Origin: a virus
Virus record (IMG/VR): IMGVR_UViG_3300046616_000242
Span: 9,947 to 73,946 of that record
Strand: one strand, 5' to 3'
Length of the DNA stretch: 64,000 nt
The position numbers were made by a program, and so were the translations under genes. How positions within the stretch are numbered: position 1 is the first letter of the stretch; every line of letters begins with the position of its first letter. Shown here in pieces: positions 16,450-25,428 of the stretch. Below the pieces are notes generated by a model. That model did no database searches, had not been told where the DNA came from, and saw nothing but the letters and a program-made list of their open reading frames with translations.

Positions 16450-16728
16450 TTAGCCGCCGAGGGTGCGGTACGGGTTCTTGTCGATCCACAACCGGCTGTC
16501 GTAGGTCTGCGACGAAGCGCCGTTGAGCGAAGGAGCGAAACCGCCGCCGATGCGCTTTCGGTCGTAGTCCTCAGAGCCCAGACCGTTTGCGGAGCCGCGC
16601 ACCTGCTTCTCGTCGAAGACAGACGTCGGGGTAAAGCGCTGCGTACGGATCGGCTGTGCGGACGGGAACTTTGTTTCCATTGCGCCCGTCGAAAACGAGC
16701 CGTTGCGCCCGTCCGAAACACCATTCAT
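16450..16728 (-). CDS. Hypothetical protein, 92 aa
   Basis: ORF, GGAGG RBS. Confidence 0.7.
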   Translation of the reverse strand: MNGVSDGRNGSFSTGAMETKFPSAQPIRTQRFTPTSVFDEKQVRGSANGLGSEDYDRKRIGGGFAPSLNGASSQTYDSRLWIDKNPYRTLGG

Positions 16729-16784
16729 TTCGCCTCCACTGGATCAAACCCAGTGTAAAGACGGAAAGGCAGCAGATTAGAACT

Positions 16785-17084
16785 TCAGTGGACCAAGATC
16801 CGCAGCAGGATCGCGCTGATTTCCCCGGCATCGGGGGTGTTCACCGTAGTGAACCCAGGCCGAGTATCGAGAACGATTCCCCGGGGCGCGACGAAACTGT
16901 TGGCGATGGCGATTGCCTTGACGCCCTGATTTACGGCTCCGGCGCCGATGGCCCGTAGAGTGACACGCTTGCCGTCGTAGACGGCGTGCGAGATGGCGCT
17001 GGCCACACTGGCGGCGGACGACGAACTCTTGACCCGGAGGATGACCTCGTTACTGGCCTCCTCGCCGTCGTACTGAACTCCCAT
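16785..17084 (-). CDS. spoVS: SpoVS family protein (Alba-like fold)
   Basis: ILRVKSSS..SVASAI..RAIGAGAVNQGVKAIAIA..PGF is the SpoVS signature. Confidence 0.9.
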   Translation of the reverse strand: MGVQYDGEEASNEVILRVKSSSSAASVASAISHAVYDGKRVTLRAIGAGAVNQGVKAIAIANSFVAPRGIVLDTRPGFTTVNTPDAGEISAILLRILVH

Positions 17085-17158
17085 TGGTGACTCCTATGTG
17101 TCCGATTCTCGTCACAATTCGAGAATACGGAGACGCAGGAATCTTGTGTTAATGACAA

Positions 17159-17192
17159 CAGGCCCAGGGGCGTCGTCCTCACCCTGGGCCTG
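17159..17192. terminator. Hairpin, probable terminator
   Basis: caggcccaggg / ccctgggcctg after the stop at 17208. Confidence 0.55.
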
Positions 17193-17207
17193 CCGCGTGC
17201 GGAGTTG

Positions 17208-17546
17208 CTACTCTTTGGGATAGACGAGGTCAAGGAACGCGCCGACAGTCATCGTCGCGTACTGCTCTCTGGGGTCCGTAGTACCCCTCTTCTTGTGGAA
17301 GACGACTCCGTGCGGGACTCCCGCATTGGTGGCCTCGGTGGCGGCTTCCTTCAGCCAGCCGGATAGGCCCATCTCCTTGTGGTTCTTCGCCTCGATGACG
17401 AAGCGGTCCTCACCGGGGATGTAGAAGTCGCCCTTGTCCTGCTTGCCTTCCAGGGCGCGGCGCTCGGCCAGCGGCTGCTTTTCCTTGATGGCCGGGAGGA
17501 CGGAGGACTCGAAACTCGTCCCCTTCTGCTTCGACCGGTTCGTCAT
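17208..17546 (-). CDS. Holliday junction resolvase-like PD-(D/E)xK nuclease
   Basis: SKQKGTSFE, DKGD, VIEAKN motifs. Confidence 0.8.
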   Translation of the reverse strand: MTNRSKQKGTSFESSVLPAIKEKQPLAERRALEGKQDKGDFYIPGEDRFVIEAKNHKEMGLSGWLKEAATEATNAGVPHGVVFHKKRGTTDPREQYATMTVGAFLDLVYPKE

Positions 17547-18145
17547 GCGAGCCTCAGGATCTCGCGGACCTTGGTATTAAGGTCCTCGATCGTGCCGTCG
17601 TTGACGATCGAGGCGTCGAACCACTGGTCCGGCAGTCCCTTGTCGCTCTTGTGGTCGTTGACGGGGCCGACGCCGGGCCGGTCTATCTTGACCAGCAGGC
17701 CGAGGCGGCTGTCGATGGCCTGGTGCTCGTTGACGAAGCGAACGTCGGTGAAGACGTACTTCTTGTCCTCTTCGAGGGCCTTGAAGACGGAGTTGACCCA
17801 CACGTTCTGGTCGATCATCTCCCGGCCGACCTCGGTGCCCAGGACCTGGAGCAGCCTGCGAACCTCGGGGGAGTTCCGCTTGACGGAGTCCCACCCGTAC
17901 TTGTCCACGAGGTACTGGACGCGGTACTCGACGCCGCCGTATCCCTCCTCGACGAGGGGGTTGAGGACGTACAGGGCCTCGCGCAACTTGTCGCCGAACG
18001 CGACGCGGGTGTAGCCGTACTTCTCCAGGATCTTGGCGACGGTGTCCTTACCGGCCCCGGCGAAGCCATGGAGGCCGATGTACTGCGGGAGCCAGGATTC
18101 GACGATCTCGGTGTCGTCGTCAACGGGGGCGGTGGTGGTGTTCAC
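17543..18145 (-). CDS. Deoxynucleoside monophosphate kinase
   Basis: GLHGFAGAGKDT P-loop, RRLLQVLGTEVGR, TDVRFVNE; GTGA-coupled start. Confidence 0.9.
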   Translation of the reverse strand: MNTTTAPVDDDTEIVESWLPQYIGLHGFAGAGKDTVAKILEKYGYTRVAFGDKLREALYVLNPLVEEGYGGVEYRVQYLVDKYGWDSVKRNSPEVRRLLQVLGTEVGREMIDQNVWVNSVFKALEEDKKYVFTDVRFVNEHQAIDSRLGLLVKIDRPGVGPVNDHKSDKGLPDQWFDASIVNDGTIEDLNTKVREILRLA

Positions 18146-18501
18146 TTGGTATCTCCGGAGAAGTTGGTGTGGGTGGCTATGTGGTCGCGGACGAGGGGGA
18201 TGTCCCACAGGGCCCGGCGGGCCTCGACGACCTTGACGTTGCGGTTGGCCTCCAGGCGCTGGAGGGTGTTGAACTGGCCATGCCAGCGGCCGGTCATCCA
18301 GTCGGTCTGCTCGATCAGCGGGGTGACCTTCTCGACGAGCGCGAGGGCCTGCTTCTCGGTCCTGCGGCGCCGCTCGCGCTCCATGGCGAGTTCGTCGATC
18401 TTGCGGTCGAGTTGGGTGCGGAGGTTGATCAGGGCCCAGGCCATGAACATCATGAGGCCGACCCAGACCACGATGATCGCGAGGACGAGGGCTGTGTTCA
18501 T
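18142..18501 (-). CDS. Membrane protein with a coiled coil
   Basis: N-terminal TM helix MNTALVLAIIVV; ATGA coupling. Confidence 0.7.
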   Translation of the reverse strand: MNTALVLAIIVVWVGLMMFMAWALINLRTQLDRKIDELAMERERRRRTEKQALALVEKVTPLIEQTDWMTGRWHGQFNTLQRLEANRNVKVVEARRALWDIPLVRDHIATHTNFSGDTK

Positions 18502-18659
18502 CGGTGCATCAGGCACCGCGCGGGCGCCTCTCCGGCCGTAGCGAACTTCCAGAGGCCGCAGGGAGCGGATGTCCATGACCAGAAGGACAGGCTGATCAGC
18601 AGGGCCAGGAGGGTGAGGGCCACGATCGTCGTGGGCCGGTCATCGTTGCGTCTGGTCAC
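18498..18659 (-). CDS. Small single-TM protein, 53 aa
   Basis: Read manually; overlaps both neighbours by 4 nt. Confidence 0.65.
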   Translation of the reverse strand: MTRRNDDRPTTIVALTLLALLISLSFWSWTSAPCGLWKFATAGEAPARCLMHR

Positions 18660-19390
18660 GGGGCGACCCTTCCGTTGTCGAGGAACGCTTCCCAGGTGAG
18701 CGGAAAGTGCTCGGCGAAAGCGGCTTCCATGTACATGGCCACCCGCTCGATCTCCTCCTGGGGGAAGGAGGGGAACGTGGCGAACTCGCTCTGTGTGCGC
18801 AGGCCCAGGAAGTGCATCAGGGACCGGGGGTTGCAGGTGGCGTAGAACGAGGTGTACATGCCGACCGGAAGGACGCTGCGGGCGACCTCGCGGGCGACTC
18901 CGTCCTTCAGCATCTGCTGGTAGTGGCTGTAGGCGGCGCGGTAGATGACGCCGAAGGAGTGCTCGACGGACAGGTACTGCTCCTGGGTGCCGTGCTCGAA
19001 GCGATAACGACCCGGCTTGCCTGTCTGAGTCAGCGGGCGGTGCGCCGAAGGCATGTAGAAGACCGGCTCCAACTCCCTGTACCTGCCACTGGTTTCGTTA
19101 TAAGACCAGCCGACCCTGTGGCGCATGAACTCGCGGGCGACGAAGATCGGGGCCTCCACGAGGAAGGACAACTGCCCGTGCTCGAAGGGGCTGCCGTGGC
19201 GGTCCCGCATCAGGTAGTTGATCAGGCCCTTGGCCTCCTTGGTTTCCGCCGCAGCCGTCCCGACGGTGGAGACGCGGGCTGCCTGGCAGATCTTCGCGTC
19301 GGACCCGGCGAGGTTGTCCACGTCGAGCGTCGCGGTGATCTCGGAGCGGAGGGTGACGTCCGTGATGGTCGCCTCGGTATTAAGCGTCAT
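18656..19390 (-). CDS. thyX: FAD-dependent thymidylate synthase
   Basis: HGSPFEH and RHRVGWSYNETSGRY motifs. Confidence 0.95.
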   Translation of the reverse strand: MTLNTEATITDVTLRSEITATLDVDNLAGSDAKICQAARVSTVGTAAAETKEAKGLINYLMRDRHGSPFEHGQLSFLVEAPIFVAREFMRHRVGWSYNETSGRYRELEPVFYMPSAHRPLTQTGKPGRYRFEHGTQEQYLSVEHSFGVIYRAAYSHYQQMLKDGVAREVARSVLPVGMYTSFYATCNPRSLMHFLGLRTQSEFATFPSFPQEEIERVAMYMEAAFAEHFPLTWEAFLDNGRVAP

Positions 19391-19398
19391 GGTGGTGG

Positions 19399-19824
19399 TC
19401 AGTCCCCTTCGTAGGACGAGTAAGCGCTGAGTGGGATTCCGAAGCGGGGGCCGTCGGGGGTATCAACCTCTCCTCCGGCCGCCAGCGCTTCCTTCTTGGA
19501 GATACGAAACACCATCTCTCGATGGTTGTCAACGTACTCAATCCAATCCGTTGACAACCTGATTAGGGGTATCTCGTAATCCAGGTCATACAGGACGTAG
19601 CCATCCCACCGGACGGACTTCTCCGAGACGCCGACGTGCTGGTACAGCCTCAGCATCCAGTCGAACTGGCCGACCTTGAAGACGTGCTCACCGCTGCGGA
19701 TGTAGACCGGGTCCCGGTAGGAAGACAGGCACGTGCGGGGCGCCCCGGCCCGGAAGGAGGGTCGCCACTCCCACGGCGGCCGGGGCTGCTCCATGCGCGT
19801 CACCTTGCGGCGTACGGTCCTCAC
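19399..19824 (-). CDS. Hypothetical protein (lower GC than neighbours)
   Basis: ORF, GTGA coupling. Confidence 0.6.
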   Translation of the reverse strand: MRTVRRKVTRMEQPRPPWEWRPSFRAGAPRTCLSSYRDPVYIRSGEHVFKVGQFDWMLRLYQHVGVSEKSVRWDGYVLYDLDYEIPLIRLSTDWIEYVDNHREMVFRISKKEALAAGGEVDTPDGPRFGIPLSAYSSYEGD

Positions 19825-20330
19825 GCGCTCATCCGTCCGGCACGGGCCTCGCGGTCACCACGGCCGACCCGGCGGGTCAGTTCACGGCTCAGCAGGGTGT
19901 TGCGCAGTTCGGCGGAGGAGTGCAGGGCCTGGACCATCTTGCGGTAGGCGTAGGCGGCCGTCTTGGCCTCCTGGGCCTCGATGTACTCCGGGTCCTCGTA
20001 CGCCTTCGCCTTTGCCTGCGTCACTGTCTTCTGGCCCGCATTGCGGACGGCGGATAGGGCCTTATGTGCTTCGAGTGTGTCGACGCACGACTTTTCGTCC
20101 ACCTCCGCCGCTGCCAGTCGGCTGCCCGTGTACTCCACCCACGCCGTTGTCCTGGCGAACAAACTCATCAGTTCGCTGTCGTCGAGTTCGGTGGGATCCG
20201 CTGGCAGTTCGGGCGCGTCGCCCTCCGGCTTCGGAGGCAGGTACAGGTCGTCCCGCTCCAGCCGTCGTACTGCCTTCTGGCTCGGGGTCTGGACTGCTTC
20301 CCAGCCCCTCCGTGCTACCGCTCTGCTCAT
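19821..20330 (-). CDS. Helical hypothetical protein, possibly a UvsY-like recombination mediator
   Basis: Coiled-coil pattern and location near recA and the exonuclease; function is inference. Confidence 0.6.
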   Translation of the reverse strand: MSRAVARRGWEAVQTPSQKAVRRLERDDLYLPPKPEGDAPELPADPTELDDSELMSLFARTTAWVEYTGSRLAAAEVDEKSCVDTLEAHKALSAVRNAGQKTVTQAKAKAYEDPEYIEAQEAKTAAYAYRKMVQALHSSAELRNTLLSRELTRRVGRGDREARAGRMSA

Positions 20331-21240
20331 CGGTGGTGGTCTCCCAGCAGGTATTGAAGAAGGGACACTCTTTACAGGTCTTCTTGTCCTGGCCGCAGAA
20401 TTCCGGCCGGGGTGGTGGCTTGCCCTTCTTCAGGGCGTATTTGATGTCGAGCGCGGTCTCGAACAGCGGCTCGGCGATCTCCGGGTTGTACTTGACGACG
20501 AATTCCTTGTGGGCCTGCGTCGCCTTGTACTCGTAGAGGAAGATGACCTTGTCGAACGGCAGGCCCATCTCCTGGCAGAGCCGCAGGTATATCTGGGTCT
20601 GCCGTATGTGGCTGCCGAACGGGCGCCGGAGCCCCTTCCACAGGCCGTCCAGGTCGATGACTGTCTTGCCGTCCAGGGTCTTCACCGTGTATTCGCGCAG
20701 CAGCTCGGGCTGATCGAAACGCACGGTGCCGATGCCGATGGACTTGATCTCCACCAGGGCGCTCAGGTCCTCGATGGCGCCGTCCTCGTGCCCGGCGATC
20801 AGGAACTCGGACTCGGCGTGCACCGGCACCTCGGCGTACTCCAGGTAGACCGGGTAGCCCGCGCTGTCGGTGCGGTTGCGGCACGACTGGCAGGTCTTGC
20901 GTCCGCCCGTGCCCATCTCCCAGTAGTCGCACACCGGGCACTTCCACTTGCCCCACAGCCGGTCCATGTCCTGGAGCCACTTCTGCCACTTCGCGTGGAT
21001 CATGTGGCCCTCGGCGAAGACGCCCTCCAGTTGGGCGGAGAACGAGCGGCCCTTCTCGGGGGAAGCCCCCGCCAGCCTGTAGTAGGTCTGACGGGGGCAC
21101 CAGTCGCTCTTGGCCATCTCGCTGGGGTGGATGATGTCCTGCCGCCGGTCGGTCGGCTTGTCGTGCTGGTCGAGCAAGTGCTTGTGGATGTCGCCGAGGA
21201 GGACGGACTTACTCTTCTTCGCCTCCGCCAGCGCTGCCAT
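20062..21240 (-). CDS. Cas4-like PD-(D/E)xK exonuclease with an inserted zinc ribbon (start may be 21324)
   Basis: HPSE..WCPR, GHEDG..VEIKS, QTQIY and CKECPFFNTC motifs; CPVC..CQSC insert. Confidence 0.85.
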   Translation of the reverse strand: MAALAEAKKSKSVLLGDIHKHLLDQHDKPTDRRQDIIHPSEMAKSDWCPRQTYYRLAGASPEKGRSFSAQLEGVFAEGHMIHAKWQKWLQDMDRLWGKWKCPVCDYWEMGTGGRKTCQSCRNRTDSAGYPVYLEYAEVPVHAESEFLIAGHEDGAIEDLSALVEIKSIGIGTVRFDQPELLREYTVKTLDGKTVIDLDGLWKGLRRPFGSHIRQTQIYLRLCQEMGLPFDKVIFLYEYKATQAHKEFVVKYNPEIAEPLFETALDIKYALKKGKPPPRPEFCGQDKKTCKECPFFNTCWETTTDEQSGSTEGLGSSPDPEPEGSTTAGAGRPVPASEAGGRRARTASGSHRTRRQRTDEFVRQDNGVGGVHGQPTGSGGGGRKVVRRHTRST

Positions 21241-21634
21241 CTTCCCCGTCGTCTTCGTCGTCGAGGTCTTCCGGCGCGACCCGGTCCGGCCAGACGCGGA
21301 GGAGGTCTTCGCGGGTCGGGGCATTCTCGAAACTCCAGTCTTCCTTGGGGACGAACCTCCTGATGTAGGCCCGCTCCAGGACGGTGAGTCCGCCCCAGAC
21401 GCCGTAGTGCTCGTTGTTGACCAGAGCGAATTGGAGACACTGTTCGCGCAGCGGGCACACCTGGTCGGTATAGGTGCCGTTGCATATGTGCTTCGCCTCG
21501 GACTCCTCTCCGGTACCGTCTCCGAAGAAGTCGTCATGTTCTCTGGTCGGCCGGAACTTCCGGCAGGAGGCTTCCTTGTCCGGATTCCCTCCGCCGTCCC
21601 ATTCGGGGGCGTTGATCCGCAGGTGCATTACCAC
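21209..21634 (-). CDS. whiB: WhiB family transcription factor
   Basis: C..FF..AKHIC..CPLREQCLQFAL..GVWGGLT..ER. Confidence 0.9.
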   Translation of the reverse strand: MVMHLRINAPEWDGGGNPDKEASCRKFRPTREHDDFFGDGTGEESEAKHICNGTYTDQVCPLREQCLQFALVNNEHYGVWGGLTVLERAYIRRFVPKEDWSFENAPTREDLLRVWPDRVAPEDLDDEDDGEDGSAGGGEEE

Positions 21635-21972
21635 GACAGCACCTCGTCGGGGTCGACCTCCGGGAACGCCTTGGTATTAAGCGTGAGGAAAGTTTCCTCG
21701 GACATCACGATCCAGGTCCTTCCGCTGTCCATCTGGATCCCGAAGAGCATTTCCCTGCCGTCGAGGAGGGCCTGTTTCTCTGCGGTCTGGAGTTCTGCGT
21801 CTTTGAGGGCGTACTGCTTCTTGCCGGTGACCTTGTATTCGACGGAGTACTCCGGGGTCCGTACGTCGTTCTTCCGGACCCAGCCGTTTCCACTACCCGC
21901 GTTCACCGTCCCGCCGAGGAGTTCCGCCCCCCGCCTCTCCTGCTTCTGGGACTTCTTCAGCATGTCCGCCAT
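21628..21972 (-). CDS. Second resolvase-like PD-(D/E)xK nuclease
   Basis: SQKQERR..GSGNG..KNDV..VEYK motifs. Confidence 0.75.
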   Translation of the reverse strand: MADMLKKSQKQERRGAELLGGTVNAGSGNGWVRKNDVRTPEYSVEYKVTGKKQYALKDAELQTAEKQALLDGREMLFGIQMDSGRTWIVMSEETFLTLNTKAFPEVDPDEVLSW

Positions 21973-22105
21973 AGGACTTCTCCAGGAGGTAGGTGAGGAC
22001 GAGGAACTTGCGGTGGGCGCGGCCCTGGCGCCGGGAGTACCGGGCGCCGAGGACCACGATGTAGAGGGCTGCTACAGCCAGGAGTGTCGAGAGCAGGGCC
22101 ACCAT
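21893..22105 (-). CDS. Small single-TM protein
   Basis: TGATG coupling to recA; hydrophobic N-terminus. Confidence 0.55.
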   Translation of the reverse strand: MVALLSTLLAVAALYIVVLGARYSRRQGRAHRKFLVLTYLLEKSYGGHAEEVPEAGEAGGGTPRRDGERG

Positions 22106-23307
22106 CAGGCGGCCTCGGTATTAAGCGCCTCGTCCTCGGCCTTGGGCCGTCGGCTGACCTTCTTGGTCCCGGCCGTCTCGGCGGCGTCCAGGTCCTCTTC
22201 GGAGATGGACCGCTCGTCGACCTTCTTGGAGGCGATGAGGATCTTCTCGTACAGGGACTCCTGGAGGTCCAGGTCCTGGCGGACGTGGTCGAGCATGGGG
22301 TCCTTGCCCTGCCAGCGCAGGACCGGCTTGCCCTTGTCGTCGTACTCCCCGTTGTCGATCTGGAAGTAGGCGCCCTTGCGCTGGATGACGTCGAAGAGGA
22401 TCCCCATGATCATGATCTCCTTCACGGTGTCGAAGTCACCGCGAGCGAAGTTCAGGAACGGGGCGGAGCGGAAGTAGAAGTCGATGGTGGCGGTCTGCTG
22501 CGGGGCGGCCGACTTGTTCTTGATGGTCTTGACCTTGATGACCTGGCCGACGTTGACCTTGCCCTTGCCGGGCCGGGCCTCCTGGATCCACTCGTCGCGC
22601 CGGACCTCGACGCGGGTGTAGAACGCGTAGTTCTTGGCGTTGCCGCCCGGGGTCGTGGTCGGGGTGCCGTGCGGGGAGAACTTGCCGATGGCGTCGCGGT
22701 ACTGGTTGATCACGATGCCGAGCAGCGGCCGGTCGTCGGTGTCCGTCATGGATCGCTTGGTGGCCGCCCCGCTCTTGCGGAAGAACTTGCCGGTGAGGCG
22801 GGCACCGAGTGCCATGACGGCCTCGTCCATGTCCTTCTCCGACTCCTCGTCGGCGATGAGCGCCGGGTAGGAGTCGAGGACGATCATGTCGACGGACCGG
22901 CTGGCGGCGAAGTCGAGCATGGTCTGGTAGGCGAACTCCATGGCCTGGGTGGGGACGACCAGGACGCGCTCGTTGTCGACGCCGAGGGCTTCGGCCTGGT
23001 CGACGTCGTAGTGCTCTGCGGCGATCCACAGGCAGGTGAAGTTCGGGTCCTTCTTCTGGTTGGCCGAGAGGGTCTTGTAGACGATGGCGGTCTTGCCGTG
23101 GGACTCGCGGCCGATGACCTCGACCCACTGGTTGCCCGGCCAGCCGCCGCCGAGGGCGATGTCCAGGCTCAGGGAGCCGGAGGTGAACCGCTTGGGGATG
23201 CGCATCTCGGAGGCGAAACAGACTGCGCCCGGGTGTTCCTTGTTGATCTTTGCGATGAGCGCGAGGGCTTCCTTGTCGGGGCCGCCCGCGCAGGTATTAA
23301 GTGCCAT
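22105..23307 (-). CDS. recA: RecA recombinase
   Basis: SGSLSLDIALGGG, GRESHGKT, IVLDS, INQYR and TTPGG motifs. Confidence 0.95.
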   Translation of the reverse strand: MALNTCAGGPDKEALALIAKINKEHPGAVCFASEMRIPKRFTSGSLSLDIALGGGWPGNQWVEVIGRESHGKTAIVYKTLSANQKKDPNFTCLWIAAEHYDVDQAEALGVDNERVLVVPTQAMEFAYQTMLDFAASRSVDMIVLDSYPALIADEESEKDMDEAVMALGARLTGKFFRKSGAATKRSMTDTDDRPLLGIVINQYRDAIGKFSPHGTPTTTPGGNAKNYAFYTRVEVRRDEWIQEARPGKGKVNVGQVIKVKTIKNKSAAPQQTATIDFYFRSAPFLNFARGDFDTVKEIMIMGILFDVIQRKGAYFQIDNGEYDDKGKPVLRWQGKDPMLDHVRQDLDLQESLYEKILIASKKVDERSISEEDLDAAETAGTKKVSRRPKAEDEALNTEAA

Positions 23308-23324
23308 GTGTGGTGTGTCTTCCA

Positions 23325-23376
23325 ATCCCGTAATGCCGAAGCCGTAAAGCAGAACCGGTAGTCCCAATACCGTAAT
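23325..23376. repeat. Four AAGCCGTAAT-like boxes with an exact 14-bp period upstream of recA
   Basis: atcccgtaat 23325, aagccgtaaa 23339, aaccggtagt 23353, ataccgtaat 23367. Confidence 0.75.
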
Positions 23377-23394
23377 CGGTGAGGGACTACCGGT
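23354..23394. terminator. Hairpin between nrdJ and recA
   Basis: accggtagtccc / gggactaccggt inverted repeat. Confidence 0.65.
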
Positions 23395-23438
23395 CCAGCT
23401 ACGTATCAACTAGTCAGAGCAAGATCTTTTGATGAATT

Positions 23439-25397
23439 TCAGGTGGTCACGAGGTCGACGACCTCACACACGCCCGCGACGCAGGCCAGTTCCTGCGACC
23501 CCACGGTCTGGTCGTATGTCTCGTAGAACGCCAGGTCCGACCACTCCACGCGGTGCTCCTTGGACGCCAGAGCCTCGTACTCCTCCTGCGTGATCTCCTC
23601 GTACGGCGCCTGGACGTACGTGTGCTCGCTGAAGGGCAGGAAGGAGACACCAGAGATCTCGGCCAGGTGCTCCCACACCCACTCGCCGACCTGCTCCCAC
23701 TCGTGCTCGCGGACGCTGATGGTCACCGACGGCTTGTGCTCGCACCAGTGCCTCTGGAAGGCCAACCACAATTCCAGGTGCTCGATGGCGCTCACGTCGT
23801 CACGTACCAGGGCGTCCTCGCCTGCCTTCTGCGGGAAGGTGAACACCCACGCGGCGGCGTTGTAGGAGTCCTCCTCGTACGGCAGGCCCGAGTCGATGAG
23901 CACGAACGCGATCGGGTCCTTCTTGTCCACCCGCACCCGCCGCTTGTAGAACTTCGCGTGCTTCTGGTGCAGGCCGGACTCACAGTCGACCAACTGGGAG
24001 ACCGTGCCGGACGGCTTGACGCAGGTGGTCGCAGCCGACGCCTGGATGCCGATGCGTGCAGCCTCGGCCGCGTTGGCCTCCACCACACTCCCGCGCAGGT
24101 CTGCCAGCAGCACCTCGGTCGTCTTCAGGTTGACCGTGCCGTTGGTCCAGCGGTTGCCGTAGACCCCGGTGAGGGAGACACCCAGCAGGCGCTCCTCTTC
24201 CGCGTTCTTACGCCACTCCTCGCGCAGGTAGGGATAGTCGGTCAGCGTGCTCTGCCAGGTGCCCAGGACGGACGCCAGGCGCACCTTGCGGTACAAGTCC
24301 TCGGGGGTGTCCTCCGGCCGCACGACGACCTCGGAGAGATTGCAGAACGAGAACGGCCGCAGAATGATCTCGCTACAGGGGTTGGTCCCGTAGTCGGTGT
24401 CCTCCTCCCGGCGCCCGAACTTCGCGGCCTGCCTCTGCGCCGCCCCACGGTGGAAGATGCCGCGCTCGCCCGAGCCGCTGGCTACGAGGGAGTCCCACTC
24501 GGTGTGGAAGTCCTCGTAGCGCATGCCGTCGGTGTAGACGGCCGAGTTGTTCGCCAGGGCGCGGTAGGGGTGCTCGACCCACCACTCCCCGCTCTTGGCC
24601 TCGGCCATCTCGCGGTCGTCCAGGTCGGACAGGGAGATCATCGCCGACCGGCGGACACCACCGACGACCACTACGGACGCGATCTTGCAGGCGATGTCGT
24701 GGACCTCGATCGGCCGGAAGTTGCGACCGGCGGCCTCGTGGAACTTCTGCACGGTGAAGGTGAACAGGTCGTCCAGCGGACCCGGGCCGGAGGCTCGCCC
24801 TCCGAAGGTATTAAGACGTGCGCCCGCCGGTCGCACCTGGGACAGGTCCCAGTGACGCACCTCGCCCTGCCACAGGCCCTCCAGCAGGGACCGGAACGCG
24901 TAACCCCAGCCCTCCTTGGAGTCCTCGACCACGATCACGTCAGCAGCCGCACGCAGGACGGCCGGAACGGCAGGCAACTGGTCGGTGTACTGCTTCTCGA
25001 CCGAGTAACCCACGCCCGTGCCGTTCATGAGGACGTACAGCAGCTCGTCCAGAGCGCGGGCGTCCTTCAGCGGGAGGTACGAACAGTTGAAGCCCGCGAT
25101 GTTCGAGCGGTCCAGGGCGGGCCCGGCCGTCATAACGGCGCGCATGGACGGCATGACCTCGTGGTTGAGGATGGCCGCGTGGATCTCGTCGACCACGGCC
25201 GGGTCGGGGGTGTAGTCGTGCTTGTCCTTCAACTGGCCGAGCATGAACGTCACGTAGCGGGCGACGGTCTCGGACCAGGTCTCGCGCCGGTTGTCCTCTT
25301 CGATCCACCTGGAGTATCGCGACTTTGCGATGAAGGAGCGGTAAGGGTCGGCAAGGTCACCGGCGGGGGTGAGCAGGGAGGTCACCAGTAATTCCAT
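23439..25397 (-). CDS. nrdJ: Class II (adenosylcobalamin-dependent) ribonucleotide reductase
   Basis: PSMR, FNCSY, GGVRRSA, TNPCSEI, CNLSE, TCVKPSGT and C-terminal CxxGxC. Confidence 0.92.
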   Translation of the reverse strand: MELLVTSLLTPAGDLADPYRSFIAKSRYSRWIEEDNRRETWSETVARYVTFMLGQLKDKHDYTPDPAVVDEIHAAILNHEVMPSMRAVMTAGPALDRSNIAGFNCSYLPLKDARALDELLYVLMNGTGVGYSVEKQYTDQLPAVPAVLRAAADVIVVEDSKEGWGYAFRSLLEGLWQGEVRHWDLSQVRPAGARLNTFGGRASGPGPLDDLFTFTVQKFHEAAGRNFRPIEVHDIACKIASVVVVGGVRRSAMISLSDLDDREMAEAKSGEWWVEHPYRALANNSAVYTDGMRYEDFHTEWDSLVASGSGERGIFHRGAAQRQAAKFGRREEDTDYGTNPCSEIILRPFSFCNLSEVVVRPEDTPEDLYRKVRLASVLGTWQSTLTDYPYLREEWRKNAEEERLLGVSLTGVYGNRWTNGTVNLKTTEVLLADLRGSVVEANAAEAARIGIQASAATTCVKPSGTVSQLVDCESGLHQKHAKFYKRRVRVDKKDPIAFVLIDSGLPYEEDSYNAAAWVFTFPQKAGEDALVRDDVSAIEHLELWLAFQRHWCEHKPSVTISVREHEWEQVGEWVWEHLAEISGVSFLPFSEHTYVQAPYEEITQEEYEALASKEHRVEWSDLAFYETYDQTVGSQELACVAGVCEVVDLVTT

Positions 25398-25428
25398 TCA
25401 GTAGTGATGCGTCAGGGAGGAGTGGGCG

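Noticed and set aside
20062-21240. CRISPR-Cas locus suggested by the Cas4-like gene
   Set aside because: No repeat-spacer array or other cas genes; solo Cas4-like nucleases are common in phage recombination modules.
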